A DNA stretch of 64,000 nucleotides, taken from Octopus sinensis. Lineage: Eukaryota. The translations under genes were made by a program, and so were the position numbers. Position 1 is the first letter of the stretch; each line of letters begins with the position of its first letter. The notes under the pieces are model-generated. The model was not told the origin of the DNA. It made no database searches and was given only the letters and a program-made list of their open reading frames with translations. Positions 27,136-38,655 of this stretch are shown piece after piece. The DNA is taken from contig NC_042998.1 in the NCBI RefSeq assembly GCF_006345805.1, forward strand, positions 106,702,001 to 106,766,000, read 5' to 3'.

Positions 27136-30100
27136 GTAAGTTTCCTGTAGAGGATAATCAGAAGCTATAGGCTTATATCATGTATGTGTATGTGTGTGTT
27201 TGAATATACAAATGAGCAAGGAAAATGAATCAGTACATATAGTATATTAATTCAAGTGAGTTCTCTGAAGCTGCTTTGGGTTTCCTGTTACTTGTACATT
27301 CAAATTTCTATGCAGAATGTGCAAGAAGTGAGGAAATTTAGAGTAGTTGAACCATAGATTGAAAGTGGTGTATGTATGCATGTATCTATGCATGTGTGTG
27401 TGTGTGTGTGTGTACACATGTGTGTACACTCTGTGATGGACTGGGGTCTTGTACAGGTGAAATGTCATGCTCTCAATGATTTATGTCATGGAAACTAGCT
27501 AAATGCTCCATGAGTCCTAGGACTTCCCACAGTGCTTACTGTTTTTATTTATACACACGTATATAAATGAGTTTTCTTTACGAAATATGCTGGTGCCCAT
27601 TTTACCATTAAAATTTTATGCAGCAGAATATTTTACCCCAACATTTTTTTGTTTGTTTACAAAAATATTCTATACTTGTCTACTTTATCTAAAATCTGTA
27701 GTAACAGATCGTTTGTGACATTTAAAAAGACCAAAACCTGTCTAAAATTGTCACTGTGCTGCTAAAGATCAGATTCACACCCAACTCCAGTCTATACTTT
27801 TCAGAGTTACCACCATCCTAGACTGGTCACAGGCCCACATCTCATTCATACATTTCATTCTTGACTTGGTGTCTGGTTGAATGCCTTTTCTATCACTCGT
27901 CCCTTTACAGTGTGTACTGGGCACATTAATTGTGGCACTCATATTAGAGAAATTGTTATACCTTCAACATTACGAAAGAGTCCCGTTGATCCTGTGCTTG
28001 TCTCCACTCATTTTACAATCACTTTTACAGAGTATACTGGGTGCATTTTATCATGGCACCTGCATTAGTGAGGTTATCTTTATTCTGTAAGACTAAAGAG
28101 GATGATAGTGTAATTAGAGTGAAGGATGGTTGAGAAGAAAAGAGCGAGGGATAGTAATAGAGCTGAATAAGAGAGTGATAGATGTGAATACCAAGTGGCC
28201 CAAAGAGGGGGAATTATAATATGACTTATCACAAATGGGGTGGTGTTAGGGTGCATTGGGTACAAATAGATCTGATAGATCTCATGGTAGGAAAAAGAGG
28301 TTAAGAAAGAAGGATGGTGGTTGTAAATGGAGATTGAATACAAGTAGGTCTAGTGCTATCCCTTGTTTCATGGCCAGCATATTATATGATATAATGAGTC
28401 GGAATGAAGATCAGTGGTATATATATAAATGTGTGTATGCCTATGTGTGTATTTGATTGTTCCTCTATTTTCCCTGCTCTTTTTAGTAATATGCATGATG
28501 CTTATTAAATCATATCTTTTTGTAGGCTTTGCATAAGCATAGATTATAATATGCAGCTGGCGTCAGTCATTGGTTCCTTGGCAGTTTGCTTCTTCCCCCC
28601 TCATGTATGCTTTATTTCAAATGTTTTTTCTTTCATTTCAAAAATGCAGCATATACTTTCCTTTATTCCGTCTTCTGATAGCGTTACATTCTAGCTATCA
28701 AATTAGCTATTTGCGGCTTCTAGTATTGTTTTAAAAATTTCTAGTTGGCATGGTTGATAAACTGAAATTTATGCACCTCAGGGCCAACACAATTTGGAAA
28801 GGTAGAATTTTCTGTTAGTATTTTTCCTCTTTCTGATTCTCTGTTCTTTATGGCTTGGTTTAATTTGTTATGAACACCTTGAATTTGTTTCAGACTTTTT
28901 TTTTTTATCACAAATACATTGCTCATTTCTTTAAATAATATTCCCTTTCATTGAAGTATATATATTAAGAAAAGAAATAAAAAGAAAATTACACAAATTG
29001 GAAATATAATATAAATCACTTATCTATATAAAACATTGGTGCTGTACTAAAGTGGGACTCAACTCCCACTGATATGTAATTGAATTATATTAATAGATTC
29101 ATGGCTTTAGTGCTGTAGCCCAAATAGCATCTACTTTAACATAGCATAGGTCATACAGCTAAATCTGGCTGAATCCATCTTTCTCCAGGTCTAACCACTG
29201 CCAGTTTCTTTGAGAGAAAGAGGAAGAGAGAAAGTAATAGTTGATACTTAAGAAGAGATGAACTGACAAAAGTTAAAGTTGGCAGGAATTTAATTCAGAG
29301 CACTAGGGACCAAAACAAACTCTCTCTAATATCTCTCTTTTACTCTCTCTCCTCCTCATCTCTTAATGGGATGTAAAATGTGACTGGAGAACTCAACCAA
29401 CCAACCAACATTTATATCAGCTGTTTTTTTTTTTTCAATAGACTACAGCAGTTTCTAAAAAAAGAGATTAAAACATGAAATATCATCACTTTGGTTGGTT
29501 ACTTCACTATTAAGCATTTCTATTTTATGTTACAATATACTGCTTTGATGTATTAATTTATTATAAAGAACTATCATCCCCATATACAGATAGCAATGAT
29601 GAACTAGAGCACTAATGGAAATTGATGAAAAGTTGGTGTTGTTTACAATATATGTGGAGGGATATGTTTATCTTAGGAGATTATGATGTTAATGCATCAC
29701 TGGTGTTTATATATATATATATATACAAACACACACAAAACATAAGCAGAATGATTTTATTGTAAGCACCAATCAGCAACAGTTTTAAATGCAGTTCATA
29801 ACATGAGCTTTTTGTTTTAAAATCCATCTCTAATTTTTTTATATTTTATCTTGTTTCCTAATATGAATTATCAAGTTTGTTAAATATATCTTTTGTAATT
29901 AGGGCATATGGCTTTGTTTTGTTTTAATGTTTGTGTACTATTAGTCAGTTGGCTCATGTCATTGCCAACAAGGAGTAAATTATATTTTTGTAAATGTGAC
30001 TTTTCATTTATTTATTATCTGGAGCAATAATTTATATAATTCACTCAGTGTCCATATACAAGAGTTCAAATTGTTGCCTTCCTTTGGGGTTAAAATTAAC

Positions 30101-31421
30101 TTATGAAAAATGTAGCCTACGTTCTCTGGGATGCACAATATATTTTCAAGTCTTGTTATAGGAAAAAAATTGCAATCTCAGTACTTGGAAATGCAGTGCT
30201 TTGTCACATGGTGGAGATGTGGTGTGTTAAATCATGAAAGATAATGAGGTCTAGCATTTGTAGTGACTTACAGGATTTTAATTGTTAGGCTTGTTCATTT
30301 TCAGGGTAGTTACAGTGCAAAATTTTGTTTCCTCGATAAATGTACTGATTGAAAAAAAAAATTTTTTTGTCTCCATTCATGGAAGCAGTGCTTTGTTGGG
30401 CATGAGATATGGACAATCAAAACCCATTGTTAAGCTCTAAGCTCATTTAAATCCCTTCTTTGCTTAAATTATCACATTAAAAGCACCAATTTGTAGGATT
30501 GGTATTCTGACTACATCTGTAGTAAAAAAAATTACTTTTGCTTTATTTCTGTTTTCTGGCATTCTGTGAGTGTATGTAGATAAATGCATTTTGTGTTGAT
30601 ACATAATGTGCATCAATGGTATCACAATGTAAATTGCTAGTATTTTGCATGCAATCACACACACACATACACACACAGCCAACTTTAAGTTGTGCAAATC
30701 CTGTAAACCTTTATTCATAGCAGAAGTAAACAAACATTCTGAATTTTTTATTTTCCTGAGCTAAGAAACAATTTAGTCCTAACCAATTGCTGACATACAA
30801 CAAAACAAATTGCATAGCCTATTATTTTCAACACTTCAGTCTTATACTAAGAGAGTATTACATGATTAGTAGAAAACTAATTACTAATTAAACAATTTAT
30901 ACATATTAGGCTCAGGATATATCTAAGTCCTCTAATAACCTATAGTTGTTGATATCAATAATGATGAAATATCTTTAATGCATTGTGGTTATGACTACTG
31001 TCTCTTAGGTTTTCATCCTTAAAATATTTAATGCTTGCTTTTAGGAAGATTTAAGCAAACAATTTTGGAAATTTTTTAATATTCTTTACTTAATAATCCA
31101 GTAATTGCTTTTATCTGAAAATAAGTTTTGTACAAAACGATAAAAAAAATTATGTCTAATTAATGATATTATAGCAATATTCCTTCAATATTACAGGTTC
31201 AATATTTTGATTCTCTGACAGGGTCATCAACCTAGTGGATAAGTTTAGGAATTCTGACTCCTCCAGATTCCTAAAAATGGGTTAATCCTAACCCAAATCA
31301 CTCTGTAGATTATGTGGTTTATGGCTAAACTATGCTACTTCAAATTATTCTTTATAGCAATAACATATATATGCAGGCTGGAATATCTGTAAATGTGTAT
31401 ATGTATGTTTGTGTGTGGTTA

Positions 31422-31515
31422 AGAAGTGTGTTTCTCAGCCATGTGGTTTCAGGTTCAGTCCTACTGCGCAGTACATTTTAGCAAGTGTTTTCTGCTGTAT
31501 TCTCGGTTAAAGCTA
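31422..31515 (+). mobile_element. tRNA-derived SINE head
   Basis: GTGTGGTTAAGAAGTGTGTTTCTCAGCCATGTGGTTTCAGGTTCAGTCCTACTGCGC, with A-box and B-box-like motifs. Confidence 0.7.
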
Positions 31516-33036
31516 TTTAGCTTTGGATGTACATCATTATGTGTTTTACAAAAAATTAGTATCTAACTGTATATTTTAACAACATTCAGCCTTGGTGAGT
31601 AGAAATGTACGCTAGAATAAAACCAATATAAATTGATATATTTGTAAGTTTATTATAGGTAAAGAAGAACTTATATAGATATGAAAACTAACTTAAACTA
31701 CAACCATAAAACTCAAGTGAATATTTCCATTAAATTCTATATTGATATATATTTTTTTATAATGTTGGTTTTCTCACCAACATTATAAACAAGCTAAATA
31801 AATTTTGTGCTGGCAACAAACCAAGAGTTATTGAATTTAATGGAATCTAAATTGAAATCTGTTTTTCAATGCATATATTTTTGTTGCTCTTCCCTTAAGA
31901 TATATTCCATTATGAAACAATAGGTTGGATTCATCTAATTATTTATTAAAAGGAGGTTATGTGCAGATTGTTTAGATTCATACAGAATAATATAGTATTT
32001 TTTTTTTCATAAAATGCGTTTGTAAAATTACATGTGTTCTAGGAGACTAATTTCATAGTTTTATACATATGATGTATGGCTATTCATCCAGCTTAGGATT
32101 GCTTAATTTCAGAATTCTATTTGTATAGTGTAATCAAAATGGATAATTTAATTGATTTTATGAAAGGTTCAGTTACAGTAAATTAGAAAAAAAAATGTAC
32201 GTTTATTTTACTAATAGAATACAAAACTTGTGTGATGGCAGCCAAGAATTTTATGTGTGGAGCATAAAGTACTTTAGATCAGTCTTCAGCCTCACATATT
32301 ATAAATAAACTTCAAAATAGATAGCTATAATAATTGAAGATAGTCACAATATAATATATATATATAAAGTGGAAAAACATTGCATTCATGTTGTAGAAGT
32401 TACCTTTAAATATATGTATCTCTCTTCCAAGAGGGTTTTTAACTGATTTTTAAGATCTTCAAATAGTATTTTTACAAGTAACCTTATAGAAAGTAATATA
32501 TTTTAAAATGGCAACAACCTTTTGGGTGAGAATGTTTTCTAGGTTTTCATCTTTTAAAATTCTCAGTTTGTTGTTAACTCAGGTCAAATTAACTTACACT
32601 CAAAGGTGTTCCAGCCATGACTATCCTCTTTTGTACATAAGGGACTACTTTATATCCTTCTTTCTGTGCTAAGGGACATTTTTTTTTTTCCATTTTGAAA
32701 GATTTCATTTTTACTTAGCTGTCATTTCATATCGACGATCTGCTGTAAGATTTCATTTTGTCAGATTATTTTATTTGTTTTGCAATTTCAATAGTGTTAC
32801 GTATACTTTAGTCTTGAAAATATTATCTATTTGTAGTTTTATCAATTATTATACATGCTAAAATTCAGTTATTTAATGTTAAAATCTTTTGCTTATATCT
32901 TACTGGCAATAGAATAATGCATTCTGATATTAAAGATTATTTGTAATATGAACTTCACTGTTATGTTAGATAATTCATTCCTACCTTATTAAAAATTTCT
33001 ATTTATAAACCAAAATTTGTATTTATTGCACTACAG

Positions 33037-33203
33037 GAAAAATTTGGCTTGTCTCCCCAACTCTTGCACACAGCTTCCCACCTTGAAAGTAAGTGTAATG
33101 CTGTGCGGGTCTCCACACAACCCACATGGCAAAGGAAAAAGTCTGGCAGAGTGCCAGATGAATCTAGAAGGCTTTCAAGGACACATCCCTGGAATGTCAG
33201 CAG
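33037..33203 (+). CDS. TNRC6: Candidate alternative upstream TNRC6 exon with two donors (33089 and 33204)
   Basis: A locally GC-richer block with acceptor CACTACAG|. The long form (CAG|GTATAT) carries in-frame ATG 33098 (MLCGSPH...GHIPGMSA) and ends in phase 1. The short form (AA|GTAAGT) is open from phase 0 to phase 1. Confidence 0.45.
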
Positions 33204-34681
33204 GTATATTTCCTTGAAGATTGTTAGGACTCTCTTAAAATATTAGAGATAAATTTAACATTAAATTGTCTGTTATTGGCAACAGTGCAATAATTATGTC
33301 AACTATATATTATGTTGACTCATAGAAAACTTGTGTACCTGCATTTTTGTTTTATTACTATATACTTACATCTAATTTTCAAGGTATCTTTCCTTGCTAA
33401 ACTGATCTTTCCCTGGGGTTTACCTTCCATATCTGAATAGTACCTTGTTTTGTCTTAATGTTTGACAAGGAGTGTGACTGAAATCTGTTAAGGGATTTTA
33501 ATGTTTTCCTTACCCCTATCTCTTTTAACCTTGTATCACTGTTTTCCCTTTGAAGGGATCAGTTTAGTTTATGAATATTTTACATGTAAGAAAAATTGTT
33601 TAATACTTTGATGATTAATTTTATTTTATTTATTTTATTTTTTGATAGTTTCACTTATGCCTTCAGTTGTTTCTGTTACCAATTTCAAGAATCCTCTGTT
33701 TCAGATCTCTTTATTTTTCAGGAACAATTATTATTATTATTTTTTTTTCTTTGTGCATGTGCACAACACCACTTTTAGAAAGAAAGAAAAAAAAAAACTA
33801 AAAATAACATGAATATATTCCTAAGTGCCATTTGTGTATGTTCATTATGTTACTTGGGTATAGGCAAAGAACATAAATTATTACACTATTCTTTTAGAAT
33901 TGAGTAAATTTAGCAGTAAAATAATAGTGATGTTTGATATTAATTACAGAAACAAGGTTTGTGTAAAATCATTAAATATCTAACTATCAAACAAATAATT
34001 AACTTATTATGAATGTTGGTTCTATGGTTATTCAAATATATCATTGAGAAATCAACTCTGCCAAAAGTATATTGTTTGTCAATCATAATCAGAACTTAGT
34101 CATAATACTGCCTCAACCAGCAAGCCTTTCTTACCACACAACTAAATTCTAAATAAAAAAAGCCTGCTGCAGACCTGGCTGAAACCTTATTATCAGAGTG
34201 TGTCTGATGCACTGGACATACCCTAACATTTCCTAGCAAACTTATGGTACCTTGAAGCTGTAAGTTTGCTAGGAAAGCTAGTAAGGCTACTCAGCATTAA
34301 CAACTACATACATAGTATTCAATAGTCCCATAATTTTAGAAAACAATGATTGTATACTAATTTAAAGCTGCTACAAAGGGGAAACATTTTCCCTGTTTGT
34401 ATAAAATTATACAAGGCAATAAATGAAATATATTGATAATTATCTTCAGTTTTTGTACATAGATGCTTATATTCAAAACAAATTTTGAAAGATAAATATA
34501 CTTTCATGGTTTTAAAATACTGTGAAAAATGGTATTTCTGTCATTAAAAATTTATGAAGTTTTCCATTTTCCTATGCATCTTAGTTTGCTTTCAGATTTA
34601 TAGAATACAGAAATGAATAATATTCTTGTAATTATAATATATTTTATTTGTTTATGTTTTCTTTTTCTTTTATTTTTACAG

Positions 34682-37389
34682 ATTCTGTCTCTTCAAATGA
34701 CAAGATTCAGAAAGCAAGTACCTGGCACAACAATCCAGGACTAGGGTGGCAAACAAGCAACGATTTACTTGTTGAAAAAAGGAATAAGGAGGTTTGGCCT
34801 TCAACCAGAAACAAATACTGGAACAGAACCTCTCCTTTTGGAGGTAATTATGGTTCCGTTAGTTCAGGATCTGTGATATCTAGCTCAAGCTACCAAAACC
34901 AAGGTCTTGAGACCAGTCAGGGATCAAGTGCCATGCAAGGTCAAAGTGCTTCCGCGTGGAGCTCAAATCCCAATTATAATGGACTTGAAAGACACACTTG
35001 GAATGCTGGGAGCATCTCTAATAGTTCTGCCAATCTCAACAATGCAGGATGGGGTACCCTACCTCACAGTCTTTCGATGAATAGCCAAGGCCATAATATG
35101 CAACTTCGCTCTGGTTCTGCTGGAAGTGATGGTAGTTCCATGAATTCTTTTGCTACAAGTAACATCCCCAGTATGGCATGGGGAGGACCTGCTTCTCAGG
35201 GTGGTGGCGGTGGTAATAGTGGTGGTGCTGGTGGCGGCGGAATGGGTCGTCCACCAAACACAGCCATACAGCTGATGCAACATAGTTCTGGCACAGGAGA
35301 CATGAACAGTCACAACAGATCTGTACCTAATAATGGTGCTTCACTCAGTACAAGTGAACCTCAGGGTGGCTGCCAGTCAAGAGGACATGGTGGCAATCAG
35401 TTATTGTGGCAGGGTGTTAACCAGACTATCATGCCACCACCAGCTATTTCTTCACTTCGTGGTACTGGTTGCAGTGAACCCAGCTGGAATAGTGTTAATA
35501 ATCAGAATAATCGACCATTAATGATAAACAATCAGGGAGATGGGTCTTTGACAGATAAACAGAGTGATAACACATGTCAGCAGAATTCTGGAGAGACCTC
35601 CACCAACTGGAGTGTGTTGTCGAGTGCCAATAGTGGGAATACAAAGAAAAACCCCAACAACTGGGACCGTGCTGTTTCACCTGCCACTAGTGTCAGTTCA
35701 GATTGGAGTAGTAACACTGGACAACGCAGCATCAGCCAACCACCAGTAAGTGGTAACCAGTGGAACAGCAACACACCTAACAGTAACAATAGCAATAGCA
35801 ACAATACCACCAACCACCAAGGAGTAGGAGGAGGAGGTTCTTCATCATCTTCGTCATCTTCATCTTCATCGTCAAATCCACCCAAATCGCAGCCCAGTAC
35901 ATGGGCACAAGCTGCTGGAAAGGGACTCAATATTTCTTCCACTCCAAATTCCACTAGTGGAAATTCTACTGCTGGAAATAATGGATCTCGGTCATCCATC
36001 TCTTCTCAACGAGATGAGATAAAACGGCTCATTGAAAGCAACGAAGGCTGGGGATCACGACCAATCAGGCAAGACAATACCTGGGTTGTGCAATTCTCGC
36101 CCAAATCTAAGCGAAAATTTGAAGAGGAATCAAATGTGTGGAATAATGGCAGCACAAATGGAACTGCTGTTTGGGAAGCAACTAAAGATGGTACTGCAAT
36201 CTGGTATGGTACTGCTGGCAGACCTGGTGTGTCAGGGTTTCATCATGAATCAGACAATACAAATACCTGGGGTGATAAATCCAATAAAACCAACTCAGGT
36301 GCTATAGGTAATGCTAGTGTTGGCAACACTGCTAGCAATAACCCTGTCCGGTGTAGTAGTGCAGGCAGTAGTGGGAGTGGAATTGGGAGTAATCCTGTGG
36401 GAAGTAACAATAATATTACTATTAGTGGAGGAGCAAGCAATAGCAACATCATCCTTAGCAGTAGCAACAATAATAGCGGCAACAACAGTAGTTGCAGTAA
36501 TAATGCCCAGGGTAATAACAATGTTGCCAATAATAATAGCAGCAGCATTATGGGAAGCATTCCTATTCGTAACAATGGCAACAACCAATCTACTGGACCA
36601 CAACCAAACATTGGCAGCAACAACAGTGATAAGAATGTTGGGATGTGGAGTAGCAGCAATGGCGGACCTGGGAGTGTTGGTGGCGGCAGTGGTAGCAGCA
36701 GTAATGCAAGTGGAGGAGGCAGCAGCTCTGGCAGCAGTACAGGAGGAGGTGTTGCAAATAGTATAAGTGGGACAGGAAATGTGCAGCCTAAAAACTGGAA
36801 CAAGACTGAAACAGGGTCCTGGAATGCAACTCATACTGCAAGCACCAATAATGGCAATATCAATGCTGGTATTAACAAAGGGCCAAAATCTTTCGGGCAC
36901 TCAAACAGTGGCTGGGAAGAACCATCTCCACCCTCCCAAAGACGACATATTGATGTTGACAATGGTACATCGTATTGGGGAGATCCAGCACATCAACCTC
37001 AACCTCAGAATTGGAACAATCTTCCTAACTTATCTAACCCTCAGCAACCTCAACATCTCCAACAACAACTTCACCACCAACAACAACAACAGCAGCAGCA
37101 GCAGCAGCAACAACCACAACAACAACAGCATCAACAGCATCAACAACATCAACATCAACAGCAACAACAGCAGCAGCAACAGCAGCAACAACAACAACAA
37201 CAGCAACAACAGCAGCAACAACAACAACAACAGCAGCAACAACAGCAACAGCAAAGACAAAAAGATGACAACCAGTGGAATAAAGGACTTCCTCAAAAGC
37301 AAGCAAATTCTGGCTGGGGAGATCCTGCACCTCCAAAATCACAAGCTGATGATGGCACAAGTATTTGGGCCACAAGTGCTCAACAACAG
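34682..37389 (+). CDS. TNRC6: TNRC6 exon (2708 nt): N/S/G-rich, W-spaced Argonaute-binding domain with polyQ
   Basis: Acceptor TTTTTACAG|, donor CAG|GTCAGT. Motifs [51 protein letters not shown] and SGWGDP...DDGTSIWA match GW182 Ago-hook-type motifs. Confidence 0.93.
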
Positions 37390-38616
37390 GTCAGTGGAGT
37401 TTTATATTATTTTCTATTTTTAACTTTTGTGTTTTTTTGTACATTAATCTATCTCTTCTATTGCAACCATTACTTATTAATTACAGCCTTTTTCAATTCT
37501 TTGACCTATTGTATACTGAAGAGTGTGAAGTAAATGAAAACTGTTTGGATGTAATTATATAACACCTGTAATGAGTATTACTACTATGTATTATTTCTTT
37601 ATAAAGTCAAAAATTAATTTTTGTCTAGTAAAGGTTAAGCCTTTTTTACTGTCAATATTTCTACTTTTCTTCCAAGACTTGCACTACTCTGTCATGACAT
37701 GAACTTTTCTCTCAAAACATGCACTTCTCTCAAAATGTGCATTTCTCTCTCAAAATATGCTCTTATCTGTCAAGACATGCACATCAGAGTGAAGCCAAAA
37801 GCCATGCATGTCTCTTTGTCAGTCCAAGTCTTGTATATCTGTGTATCAAGTCCATTCTCTACATTCATGTGTCTAGATTTTAGTTGTAATTTATGTTCAG
37901 TTGAGGTTAAGTCATGATTTTATTTATTTTCTATGTTAACTTTAGTTTAATTGTGCCTCTGTATTATAAAATGACTTCAGTTACATTTTTATGTAGTAGC
38001 ATTGTCTGGCAGATTATTCTTTTCTTATCCAAAGTTTTCTTCAAAAATATTGCAAGGGAAACTAGTCAAAACTCATTAGAACCAAATAAATGTGTTGATA
38101 TACCTATTTATCTAATCAAATGTTAGGATCTGAGCAGTTAAAAGAAGAGAAGTAATTTTCAAACATCATTTTCATTACCATCATTATCAACTTAACGTTG
38201 TCTTTTCCCATCTACACATAATGGCCTGACCCAACTAAAATATATGAAATGCATTACTTGACATAGAAGTACACACCAATTTTCAAGGGTGGTATCTAAA
38301 GGAAAGCTTTTTTAAAATAAAAAGAAAAAAACATCAATTATATAAGAAATCCTCATTGAACATTGTCAGTATAGGAAAATAGTTATTAAATTGATAATGT
38401 AAAAGTAATGACAGGTGTGTGTGTGCGCATGTGTGTATGGTAACTCACATTTCTCAAAAGAAGTTTAATTTGTTAATTTTTATTGTGAATTTCTCTTTAA
38501 ATGTTGTAATTATTTTTATAAGAAATTTGATAACTTGTAACATTTATTTATCCAGTGTATATCTGTTGTACTAATATTTGTTCTTTTTATAGGATTAATT
38601 CTTTTTGTTGTACCTG

Positions 38617-38655
<39 letters not shown>

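Noticed and set aside
35059-37375. Antisense ORFs up to 201 aa and poly-L/V/A frames opposite the giant exon
   Set aside because: Shadows of low-complexity S/N/G/Q codons, which rarely produce antisense stops.
36311-37423. Alternative + frame of 151 aa and 218 aa (poly-N/S)
   Set aside because: An out-of-frame reading of CAA/CAG and AGC/AAT repeats, with no recognisable motifs.
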